The notes: generated by a model from the letters alone, not told the origin. Positions 19,627 through 27,826 are shown, numbered from the stretch's first letter. The stretch: DNA of 64,000 nucleotides from Nitrosopumilus sp. (GCA_963667665.2 OY763927.2:1024001-1088000), one strand, 5' to 3'. Numbers and translations are program-made.

Positions 19627-22600
19627 TTGGTTCTCAATGATTCTCAAAAACAGGCAGTAGAACATCTCGATAGTCCCCTTTTAGTCTCTGCAGGTCCTGG
19701 AAGTGGAAAAACAAGAGTAATTGTTGAAAGAATAAAATTTCTAGTTGAAAATAATCATGCCAAAAAATCAGAGATTTTATGCCTGACATTTTCTGAAAAA
19801 GCAGCCCAAGTGATGTCAGACAGATTAGAAGAAATTTTTGGAGATGTTTCTGAAATGCAAATTAGTACATTTCACTCATTTTGTCATGACATTCTAGGAG
19901 ATAATGTCCTTGAAACAGGAATTGGTATTACAGATGTAATAGATAGAGCAAGTCTTTTGGTATGGGGTCTTAAAAATATTGACAGTTTTGGATTTGAACA
20001 TATTGAAATTGGAAACAATGCAGCAGAAGTAATTGAATCACTAATTGATGGTATTAGTACATTCAAAGATGAACTAGTTAGTTCTGATGAATTAAGAGAA
20101 TATTTAGATAAAAAACAAAGCCAAGAAGATATCAATATTGAAGAAAGAGATTATCTTCGTATGCTAGATGACTTGCACAAAGTCTATGTAAAACATATAG
20201 AATTTTTGAGAAGTGCAAAACTAATTGATTTTGATGATATGATTGTACTTACAAATGAAAAACTAAAAGAAAAACCAAACATGCTAAAAAAGTATCAAAA
20301 GAAATTCAAACATATTCTAGTTGATGAATTTCAAGACAACAACTTTGCACAATTTCAACTAGTACAACAACTAACACCAGAAGGAAATCTCACAGTAGTG
20401 GGAGATGCTGATCAAAGCATTTACAAATTCCAAGGAGCATATGATAGAATTTTTCAGCATTTCAAAGAAGCATATCCTGATTCAACAGAAATAATACTTG
20501 CAGAAAACTATCGTAGTCCAAAAAATCTAGTTGAGCTTGCAGGTCAATTACTAGAACCAATTATAAGTAGAGAACCAAAGAAATTATTTTCAAACAAAGA
20601 TGATAAATCAAAGACAATTGTTGTTCGTTGCAATAATGATATGGCTGAAGTTGAATATGTGGTAAACCAAATTAAAGAGATTCTAAATTCTAATTCAGAA
20701 TATTCTTTCAAGGATTTTGCAGTATTATCAAGAAAACGAGCAGATGGTAAGAAATTTGCCCAGTCACTGAATGCCTTTAACATTCCTGCCAACTATGTAG
20801 GAGATACAAAGATTTTCACATCGGCCACAGGCAAAAACATGCTTTCTTATCTGAAAATTATGGCAAATCCAACTACTTCAGGCATGCACATCTACCGTGT
20901 TTTGAGGCTACATGGTATTTCAGAGCAAAACATCTCAAAAATCATGTATCAGGCATCACGAAAGGCTAGAAAATCAGATACTGATAATGACTTTGTTTAT
21001 GATTCATTGTGTGATGATATTTCTGAAATTACCCAAAAACCAGAATTAAGGGAATTATCTGATTTGTTTTCAAGGATTACCAAACTTGAAACAATGCAAA
21101 GTGTCAGCGAATCAATTTTACAAGTAATGATGAAAGAGACGGATTTGTACAAGAGTCTTACAAGAGAAGATACTCTTGAGAATAGAAATTATCAAACAAT
21201 TCTAAAAGAAATTTTCAAGATTGCTCAACAATTTGAGAATCTAAATCCTGATGGTACAATTGACGATTTCTTGGGATATCTTGAGTCACTTGATAAATTT
21301 GATATTGAAACTGAAGAAGGATTAGAATCAGATAATACAGTTCAAGTATCTACAATTCACCAAAGTAAAGGTAAAGAATTTCCATTTGTCTTTGTTGTAG
21401 ATGTTGCTCAAAGAAAAATGCCACTAAAGTATAACCCAAAAACATTCTATGTTCCTGATGAATTATCAAAAGGATTAATGATGCATGATACAGGAAAAGA
21501 AAGTTACATCAAAGAAGAAAGAAGATTACTCTATGTAGCAATGACTAGAGCAATTAACCAACTATTCATCATATTTCCAATAAAATACACTAGCAATAAA
21601 AGACCAAACAAACCATCACAATTCTTAGACGAATTAAATTATGATGAAAATGATTTAATTGAACTAATTGACTTTAATGGAAAAACTCAAGAATCAATGC
21701 TACAAGACCAAGAGCGACTAGATATTCTAAAAAATGATTATGCAGGACAAGCAATTACACATCTTAATCAGATGCAATTTCAAAGTGCAGTTAAGAGAAT
21801 TATTGATCTTGCTAAAATTGATTACTTTGAGAAAAATAAAACTTTGGATGGATTCTCTGCTGAATCATTTCTAAAATCAGAAGACAATGAAGAACTTGAA
21901 AGTCAATTATTTGAAAACAAAATTCCACTAGTGAACAAAGAGAAACTAAGATTATCAAAATCTAAATTTTCAGTCTATCAGGAATGTCCACTAGAGTACA
22001 AATTTTCACATGTTCTTCGAGTGCCTACTATTCAAGGAACTGCCCAATACATGGGAAATGCATTTCATAAGGTAGTGGAGATTCTGGCTGGAATTGAAAT
22101 GGAAGGCAGAAAACCTACCTATGAAGAAGCCCTTGAGACGCTTGAAAAGACCTGGAATTCTAATGCGTATTTGAAAAAACCCAAGAAAAAGGAGCAAGAA
22201 GATCGTCAATTAGTGGAAAATATGCTTCAAACATACATTTCATGGCTAGAATCAAACCCCAATTCAGTAGTGGATGTGGAAAAGAAGTTTCAGTTAGAGT
22301 TTGAAGGTATCAAGATTACAGGTGATATTGACAGAATCGAAAAGACACCTGCAGGGAAATACCATATTGTTGATTTTAAGACAGGTAAAAGTATTCCCAG
22401 TGGAATTATCAAAAATATTTCAGAAGATATTCAAATGAATCTTTATGCTTTGGGAGTAGAAAAACTCTACAATGAATTACCAGAAAGAAGTTCATTATAC
22501 TATATTAGAAATGAAAAAACTATACCATATGATGTTGATGCAACCAAAGTTGAAGAAATTAAAAAACAATTAGAAGAAAATACAAAATCAATTCTAAATG

Positions 22601-22683
22601 AAGAGTTTGATGCTACACCCGGAAAACCATGTAGAAATTGCTCTTACAAAGATATTTGTGATTATAAAGTAACTACATATTAG
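19627..22683 (+). CDS. UvrD/REP SF1 helicase fused to PD-(D/E)xK nuclease with Fe-S-type cysteines (AddA/AddB/Cas4-like)
   Basis: LNDSQ, AGPGSGKT, DEFQD, GDADQSIY, ENYRS, TIHQSKGKE, EERRLLYVAMTRA; C-terminal ECP, GDIDRIE..VDFKTG, CRNCSYKDIC. Confidence 0.92.
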   Translation: MVLNDSQKQAVEHLDSPLLVSAGPGSGKTRVIVERIKFLVENNHAKKSEILCLTFSEKAAQVMSDRLEEIFGDVSEMQISTFHSFCHDILGDNVLETGIGITDVIDRASLLVWGLKNIDSFGFEHIEIGNNAAEVIESLIDGISTFKDELVSSDELREYLDKKQSQEDINIEERDYLRMLDDLHKVYVKHIEFLRSAKLIDFDDMIVLTNEKLKEKPNMLKKYQKKFKHILVDEFQDNNFAQFQLVQQLTPEGNLTVVGDADQSIYKFQGAYDRIFQHFKEAYPDSTEIILAENYRSPKNLVELAGQLLEPIISREPKKLFSNKDDKSKTIVVRCNNDMAEVEYVVNQIKEILNSNSEYSFKDFAVLSRKRADGKKFAQSLNAFNIPANYVGDTKIFTSATGKNMLSYLKIMANPTTSGMHIYRVLRLHGISEQNISKIMYQASRKARKSDTDNDFVYDSLCDDISEITQKPELRELSDLFSRITKLETMQSVSESILQVMMKETDLYKSLTREDTLENRNYQTILKEIFKIAQQFENLNPDGTIDDFLGYLESLDKFDIETEEGLESDNTVQVSTIHQSKGKEFPFVFVVDVAQRKMPLKYNPKTFYVPDELSKGLMMHDTGKESYIKEERRLLYVAMTRAINQLFIIFPIKYTSNKRPNKPSQFLDELNYDENDLIELIDFNGKTQESMLQDQERLDILKNDYAGQAITHLNQMQFQSAVKRIIDLAKIDYFEKNKTLDGFSAESFLKSEDNEELESQLFENKIPLVNKEKLRLSKSKFSVYQECPLEYKFSHVLRVPTIQGTAQYMGNAFHKVVEILAGIEMEGRKPTYEEALETLEKTWNSNAYLKKPKKKEQEDRQLVENMLQTYISWLESNPNSVVDVEKKFQLEFEGIKITGDIDRIEKTPAGKYHIVDFKTGKSIPSGIIKNISEDIQMNLYALGVEKLYNELPERSSLYYIRNEKTIPYDVDATKVEEIKKQLEENTKSILNEEFDATPGKPCRNCSYKDICDYKVTTY

Positions 22684-23426
22684 ATTAGAAACTCAGATGC
22701 ATCTATTCCTTCTTGAGTGATTTTTATCCATCTGTTTCGTCCAATCTTTTCAATTTCAATGAATCCCCATTCATTTTTTAGGGGTTCTATGATATTTTTA
22801 TCTAAACTTGCAAATCTTGCTTGAGAATGATTTAATTTTTCTGCATTAATTGTAATTAGTCCTGTCTCTTCTGCAATTTCTGCCATCTCTTTTTTGGTAA
22901 TCTTTTGATTTTTTGCATCATGAATTATTTTCAATGCATCCAATAGTTTCTGTTTTGGAGTTTGTATTTCATATGTTGGTAATGGTATTGTATCTTTGAT
23001 TCCAAAGGATTGTTGTTTTCCTTCAAATGCGGCATATGTTTCAGGTTCCGCATAGAATGGTTGAATATTTTTGCATTCTTTTAGAATCATGCATGCCATC
23101 ATACATGCAATTGCTTGAATTTTAGAACCTGATGCTACATTGACATAAATGTAGTTGTTTTTTTCTTTTGAAATTATTTCTTTTACTGCTTTTATTACTT
23201 TGAATATGCTCAATCTGTCTGCATAAGATATCTCTAACTTTACTCCAAGTTTTTTACATTTTTTTCTAATTAATTCAAGGTATGGCCCTGATTTGTCTTC
23301 ACTAGTTTTTTCATGAACCAATAACCATAGTTTATCTGCCTTGGTTTCTTTTAGAGGGAGGACTATTCTATCAATTTCAAAGCCTAATGGGGCAATATGT
23401 ACTCGAAACGTGGCTAGTTTGCTCAT
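22680..23426 (-). CDS. DUF6293/HFX_2341-like regulator: CARF-like Rossmann domain + C-terminal winged HTH (Csa3-like architecture)
   Basis: VHIAPLGFEIDR, YVNVASGSK (cf. CARF NxSGGxK), C-terminal wHTH ending GRNRWIKITQEG; start refined to MSKLA. Confidence 0.75.
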   Translation of the reverse strand: MSKLATFRVHIAPLGFEIDRIVLPLKETKADKLWLLVHEKTSEDKSGPYLELIRKKCKKLGVKLEISYADRLSIFKVIKAVKEIISKEKNNYIYVNVASGSKIQAIACMMACMILKECKNIQPFYAEPETYAAFEGKQQSFGIKDTIPLPTYEIQTPKQKLLDALKIIHDAKNQKITKKEMAEIAEETGLITINAEKLNHSQARFASLDKNIIEPLKNEWGFIEIEKIGRNRWIKITQEGIDASEFLI

Positions 23427-23436
23427 AATGGTATCT

Positions 23437-23452
23437 ATAGTATGCATACTAT
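23437..23452. promoter_or_regulatory. Perfect 16-bp palindrome ATAGTATGCATACTAT, putative operator between divergent genes
   Basis: Self-reverse-complementary; sits in the 65-nt gap between the regulator start (23426) and the micro-ORF operon start (23492), next to TATA-like TATATAA at 23461. Confidence 0.65.
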
Positions 23453-23491
23453 GTTGATAGTATATAATAATTTCTATTACGTAATTATATC

Positions 23492-23608
23492 ATGAAACAA
23501 GAAAACATAATTCAAGAAAACGGATTTAATTCAAAGGCTTCTTTTTATCCTAGAATTATCCGAGAGTTCGAAGATAATGACGAACCAATGTTCTATGGAG
23601 GTAACTAG
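23492..23608 (+). CDS. Micro-ORF 1 (38 aa, acidic)
   Basis: MKQENIIQENGFNSKASFYPRIIREFEDNDEPMFYGGN; ~25 nt after the TATA-like box; stop abuts next ATG. Confidence 0.55.
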   Translation: MKQENIIQENGFNSKASFYPRIIREFEDNDEPMFYGGN

Positions 23609-23785
23609 ATGATAAGTAAAGTACTTCCAAAAGTAGATGAAAAAGAACCTGATTTTGGTTCTGAAGTTTCTGTAAAGAGAATGAACGGAAAGATGCACGA
23701 ATCAATTAACATGATCGATGCTACTTTGAAATCTAAAACAGAATCACTGGATAGTTTGTTGAAGAAATTGAAAGGAGTGATCTAA
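23609..23785 (+). CDS. Micro-ORF 2 (58 aa)
   Basis: MISKVLPKVDEKEPDFGSEVSVKRMNGKMHESINMIDATLKSKTESLDSLLKKLKGVI; SD GGAGGT at 23597. Confidence 0.65.
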   Translation: MISKVLPKVDEKEPDFGSEVSVKRMNGKMHESINMIDATLKSKTESLDSLLKKLKGVI

Positions 23786-23790
23786 TCTTG

Positions 23791-23961
23791 ATGACATCAA
23801 AAATAATCAATCAACAACATGACCAACATGTAAAGGTGTATTACCAACACCTAGAAATCCAAAAAAATATCCATCATATTTCTTGGAAAAATCATAACAT
23901 TGAACAATACATTCAACAAGCTTTGGATGAATATTTGAAAAATCAGGAAGATGTAAAATGA
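23791..23961 (+). CDS. Micro-ORF 3 (56 aa; C-terminal helix reminiscent of ribbon-helix-helix proteins)
   Basis: MTSKIINQQHDQHVKVYYQHLEIQKNIHHISWKNHNIEQYIQQALDEYLKNQEDVK; GGAGTG upstream; ATGA overlap with next ORF. Confidence 0.6.
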   Translation: MTSKIINQQHDQHVKVYYQHLEIQKNIHHISWKNHNIEQYIQQALDEYLKNQEDVK

Positions 23962-24131
23962 AAATAACAAGAATTCTTCCAAAGTTTCTTGCAAAATCAT
24001 ATCAAGAAGAAGATTTGAGACGAGCAGAAATTAATCTACAATATCATAAAGGTATGGTTAGATTTTTTGAAGACAGAATTGCTGATGGATATGATGAACT
24101 TGCAAGATTGAGGGGATATAATTGGAAGTAA
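23958..24131 (+). CDS. Micro-ORF 4 (57 aa, helical)
   Basis: MKITRILPKFLAKSYQEEDLRRAEINLQYHKGMVRFFEDRIADGYDELARLRGYNWK; ATGA-coupled. Confidence 0.65.
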   Translation: MKITRILPKFLAKSYQEEDLRRAEINLQYHKGMVRFFEDRIADGYDELARLRGYNWK

Positions 24132-24241
24132 TAACAGAAGTTACTCAATCGCACTTTGTTGTACTTGTAATTTTAGGGATTATCATTACATGTGTTGTAG
24201 TAATTAGCAATATTCCTCAAATTAGGAGATTCAAACATTGA
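24122..24241 (+). CDS. Micro-ORF 5 (39 aa, single TM helix)
   Basis: TTG start, MEVITEVTQSHFVVLVILGIIITCVVVISNIPQIRRFKH; GAGGGG upstream; TTGA overlap with next ORF. Confidence 0.55.
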   Translation: MEVITEVTQSHFVVLVILGIIITCVVVISNIPQIRRFKH

Positions 24242-24441
24242 CTAAGAAAACTCCACCATGTCCAATATGTAAGAGTAAAAATGTTGCATGGATTTTTTAT
24301 GGATATCCAGGAAACATGGAATGGTATCTTGAGGCAATAGCAAAAAAGGAGATTGTTGGTGGGGGCTGTGAGATTTCATTTGATGATCCAAAATGGGTAT
24401 GCAATGGTTGTCATCATAGGTGGGGAGAAAGAGATGAGTAA
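24238..24441 (+). CDS. Micro-ORF 6: zinc-ribbon protein (67 aa)
   Basis: CPIC..IFYGYP...GGC....PKWVCNGC; SD AGGAG upstream. Confidence 0.75.
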   Translation: MTKKTPPCPICKSKNVAWIFYGYPGNMEWYLEAIAKKEIVGGGCEISFDDPKWVCNGCHHRWGERDE

Positions 24442-24727
24442 TCTTACAGTTGATTCCAAGAAAAAAAGTGCATCAGAAGCCTTTGTCAATTCTTTTGGGG
24501 GCTATCCAATAGGATATGCAGTAGGAATTCTAATTTTGCCAATATCTATGGGCTGGATTCAAGAGGATCCTCTAGTTGCAAACTTGGCAATTACTTTTGT
24601 CTATGCTACAGTTTCTTTTGTTCGGAGTTATGTTCTAAGAAGAACATTTGAGAAATATGGAATTGATGATAATTTCTTAAGAGCAGGTATGAAATTGATT
24701 AGAAAAATTTCATTGAGGAGAATGTAG
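24434..24727 (+). CDS. Micro-ORF 7: small 2-TM membrane protein of a type often seen in viruses
   Basis: MSNLTVDSKKKSASEAFVNSFGGY...VSFVRSYVLRRTFE; start refined to the ATG overlapping the ORF 6 end. Confidence 0.75.
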   Translation: MSNLTVDSKKKSASEAFVNSFGGYPIGYAVGILILPISMGWIQEDPLVANLAITFVYATVSFVRSYVLRRTFEKYGIDDNFLRAGMKLIRKISLRRM

Positions 24728-24730
24728 AGA

Positions 24731-24988
24731 ATGGGTGAAGAAAAAGTATGTTGTATATGCAATGAACATAAGAAATTTCTTGGACGTATCAATGCAGGAC
24801 AAAAACTCTATTGTATGCAATGTCAAGCAAAAATTACTGAAGAATATGGAATGAATTATTGGAAACCATGCTCTTTTCAAGAATTCATGGAAGCATTTTC
24901 ATCTTCTATCCATAAAGGAAAAAGAAAACCAGCAAACATGTTTAATAATCTAAGAGAAACGTTACGAAAATTTGATGATGATATATGA
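24731..24988 (+). CDS. Micro-ORF 8: zinc-finger protein (85 aa)
   Basis: CCIC...YCMQC; SD GAGGAG upstream. Confidence 0.7.
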   Translation: MGEEKVCCICNEHKKFLGRINAGQKLYCMQCQAKITEEYGMNYWKPCSFQEFMEAFSSSIHKGKRKPANMFNNLRETLRKFDDDI

Positions 24989-25224
24989 ACCAAGAAGAAA
25001 TGACTCGCATAGTAAAAGAAGAATTAAGACACATTCCAAGTGGTGATGGTGTTATGCATGGATGGTTACAAACTTACTATAATAGACGCAGAAGACATGA
25101 TCTAACCAAGGGAAGAAAAAAGGAAGAAACACTGTCATGGTGTATTGATGAGATTAGAAAAGAATCTCCAGGGTGGCTTGCTGAATATGACATTACTTTT
25201 TTCAAAATCACCAATAACAAGTAG
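24985..25224 (+). CDS. Micro-ORF 9: hypothetical protein (79 aa)
   Basis: ATGA overlap with ORF 8. Confidence 0.7.
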   Translation: MNQEEMTRIVKEELRHIPSGDGVMHGWLQTYYNRRRRHDLTKGRKKEETLSWCIDEIRKESPGWLAEYDITFFKITNNK

Positions 25225-25261
25225 GAATAGTTATAGACATTGAAAAGATATTCAAAATAAA

Positions 25262-25698
25262 ATGACTCAACAAACTGCTAAAAAAGCAATTGCACTACTG
25301 ATTAAGAAAGATTCCAGGTTTCATGAACCTGATAAAAAGCAAAGAACTAACCTATCAGTTGCGTTTGCCAGAAAAAATATGATTCTTTATGGAAGAGCAT
25401 TTGATATTATAAAACTAAAAAAGAAATCAATTTAGATGATGGAGAAAAAGTTTTCAAAAACATTGATAGTATTCTTGTATATGAAATTAAATCTACTGCA
25501 AATAAAGATGTAGGAAAAAATTTTGAAAATTACTTTTTTAGTCTTAGTACTGCAGAACTTTTAGTTGCACAAAGCTTGAATGATAGATTCAGATTTGTAT
25601 TGGTGAATATCTTTACAAAAGAAACTCAAGATCTTACTCTAAAGAAATTTTTCAAAAAGGTTAGAAAAATTTATCCCACATGGTCCGTTAGTTTTTAG
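25262..25698 (+). pseudogene. PD-(D/E)xK (DUF3883-like) nuclease split by a -1 frameshift at A_AAA_AAG (pseudogene or programmed frameshift)
   Basis: Frame 0 MTQQTAKK...GRAFDIIKLKK then stop at 25433-25435; -1 frame continues EINLDDG...VYEIKSTANK...YFFSLSTAELL...WSVSF to 25698. Confidence 0.7.
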
Positions 25699-25707
25699 AG
25701 TATAATT

Positions 25708-26685
25708 TTGACTTTTCATGACTTGTCAAAAATTCTCATAATCACAACAGGTGAAACTGAAATGGATAGTCTTTTCGTAGAAGAATTACATTCCTCACCT
25801 GGTTTTCAAAATTGGGTTGCTGAAAAAATGTCATTGAAAAATTCTTACAAATTTAATAACGCTTGGAAATCTATTAACCAAATAACTGGAACACAATGTG
25901 ATATCGCTGTACGATTTGTCCATAACAAACACAGTGTGATTTTACTAATTGAAGATAAAATTAAAGCCAATGAACAACCTAATCAAGCTAAAAGATATCG
26001 TAAAAGTGGGGAATCTCTTGTTAAAGAGAAACACTGTGATGAATATTATACATGTCTTCTTTGCCCAAATCGTTATGATGAAGATGGTTCAATTAAGAAA
26101 AAATACGACAAGAGCATATCCTATGAAGAACTTTTAGAGTGGTTCAAAAAACAATCCACTTCTAAAAGATTACAACACAAACAAATGATTATAGAAAATG
26201 GAATTGAACTTTCCCGAAAAACATTTAAAAAAATACCTGATGAAAATACGACAAAATTTCATAATTACTATAGAAAAATTGCATTTGATATAGACGACGA
26301 ATTGAAACTTCCCAAGGGCATACCTCAAAAACAAAACACATGGATTCGTATTGGACATTTTGATTTTCCTAGTAACATCGAAATTAAACACAAAGGAAGA
26401 CATGGATTTGTAGATTTACAAATATCTAAAATGACAAAGTTAGAAAAAGAGAAATTTTCCAAATGGTTTGCTGGTAAGAAGGAAGATAAAATGACTCTGG
26501 AAAAGACTAACAAGTCGATATCTGTACGACTCGGTACCGTGAAAATATCTAAAGAGGATATTGCAGATGCTGTAGAACCTAAAAAATATAGAAAAGAAAT
26601 TGAAGAAGCCCTAGAAAAAGCAAAGATACTGAAGGATTGGTACTTCACGTGGTCTGATGATCCTATATTTGCACAGAAATTCTAA
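25708..26685 (+). CDS. PD-(D/E)xK nuclease family protein
   Basis: CDIAV...LLIEDKIKANEQPNQAKRY. Confidence 0.8.
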   Translation: MTFHDLSKILIITTGETEMDSLFVEELHSSPGFQNWVAEKMSLKNSYKFNNAWKSINQITGTQCDIAVRFVHNKHSVILLIEDKIKANEQPNQAKRYRKSGESLVKEKHCDEYYTCLLCPNRYDEDGSIKKKYDKSISYEELLEWFKKQSTSKRLQHKQMIIENGIELSRKTFKKIPDENTTKFHNYYRKIAFDIDDELKLPKGIPQKQNTWIRIGHFDFPSNIEIKHKGRHGFVDLQISKMTKLEKEKFSKWFAGKKEDKMTLEKTNKSISVRLGTVKISKEDIADAVEPKKYRKEIEEALEKAKILKDWYFTWSDDPIFAQKF

Positions 26686-26772
26686 ACTCTTTTTCAGGAG
26701 GATTTTACAATATCATCAATCTAGTGATTTTTAGGCTCAAATTTGTAAATATTATAGATCCCTATACAGGAT

Positions 26773-27465
26773 ATGGCCATTATCTATGGAATGGCAGACA
26801 GTGAGAGAAGGCTTCTAAACAAGCTCCCAAACGAAGTTAGAAATCTTGATGATATTGACAGAGTCAAAAAGGAATTCGAAGATAAGGTATCTAATGAAGG
26901 TGATGGAATTATTTCAGGAATCAAAAAATGGAACTACGTAAGACAAATCAACAAATTTGGAAAAGAAGAGGTTCGATTATTTCGTAAAGGAACTAGTGGA
27001 GAAAATCAAGTAATTGATGAACTATCAAAGCTAGAGGATAGTTATCATATTTTGTGTGGGGTAGATTTAGAATTAGATCATTGGTTTACCTATAACGGAG
27101 AAAGGAATCTAAAATCAGCTTCGATGGATTTGGTTGTAGTTTGTCACAAAGGCGTATACATGATTGAAGTGAAAAACTGGAGTAATCATTTTGCAAAGAA
27201 TAATGATAGCTTTAGTCCATACGAGCAAACTGAAAGAGCTGGTAGAGTTTTATGGATTTCACTTCAAGGAATATTCAGAAAGGTACGTGTAACAAATGTT
27301 CTATTATCTATAAAGGGGAATTTAGAATACAACAAGAACTATCGTTCAGTCTTTGTTTCAAGCTTGGATAGAATCAATTTTTTTCTGATGAGGAGAGAAG
27401 ACACTCTGACTGAAAAACAAATCAAAAACATTGTAAAAGATTTGAAAGGACACGTGACTAACTGA
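26773..27465 (+). CDS. NERD nuclease-related domain protein
   Basis: GTSGE..V, MDLVVVCHKGVYMIEVKNW, SPYEQ. Confidence 0.85.
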   Translation: MAIIYGMADSERRLLNKLPNEVRNLDDIDRVKKEFEDKVSNEGDGIISGIKKWNYVRQINKFGKEEVRLFRKGTSGENQVIDELSKLEDSYHILCGVDLELDHWFTYNGERNLKSASMDLVVVCHKGVYMIEVKNWSNHFAKNNDSFSPYEQTERAGRVLWISLQGIFRKVRVTNVLLSIKGNLEYNKNYRSVFVSSLDRINFFLMRREDTLTEKQIKNIVKDLKGHVTN

Positions 27466-27722
27466 TGTTTGGTTTATTCAAGAAAAAAGAAAAGGCCAAA
27501 ACATACACATACGAAGAAAAGAGGAAAGAAAGCCGCTTAGCATACGAGAAATGGAGAGAATCCGAAGACAACATTTTGAAGAGTTATTGGAATGACAAGT
27601 CAAATAGAAAAAGCAGGAGTGAAAAGGTGCAAGAATTATCTCAAAAATTAGAAAGAGGTAGAGGTGCAATTAGGTCAAGCCTCGAAAAATTTTCTGAAAA
27701 AATGGAAATTGTTCCTTTATGA
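27465..27722 (+). CDS. Small protein with Myb/HTH-like motif
   Basis: AYEKWRESEDNIL...ELSQKLERGRGAIRS; TGATG-coupled to the NERD gene. Confidence 0.6.
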   Translation: MFGLFKKKEKAKTYTYEEKRKESRLAYEKWRESEDNILKSYWNDKSNRKSRSEKVQELSQKLERGRGAIRSSLEKFSEKMEIVPL

Positions 27723-27826
27723 AATCACTCACAAAGGTAATACCCAAAATTATAGTTTTTAAAAATAATAAAAAGATAGACTGATTTAAGAAAACAAAAG
27801 AAATCTTAAATTAAAAAATTCTATGC

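Larger units (their letters stand above)
15850..27750. mobile_element. tRNA-Tyr-associated accessory/defence island (no integrase seen; boundaries approximate)
   Basis: Block of R-M, helicase-nuclease, nucleases and micro-ORFs between tRNA-Tyr and cspA/aIF-1A; TAATACCC motif at both edges. Confidence 0.65.

Noticed and set aside
24353-24433. ORF-track N-terminal extension of the 24353-24727 ORF
   Set aside because: Overlaps the Zn-ribbon gene; the ATG at 24434 has an SD and coupling
15850-27750. CRISPR-Cas locus suggested by CARF-like and Cas4-like domains
   Set aside because: No repeat-spacer array with identical repeats and no cas1/cas2/cas10 recognised; the Cas4-like domain is part of a UvrD fusion
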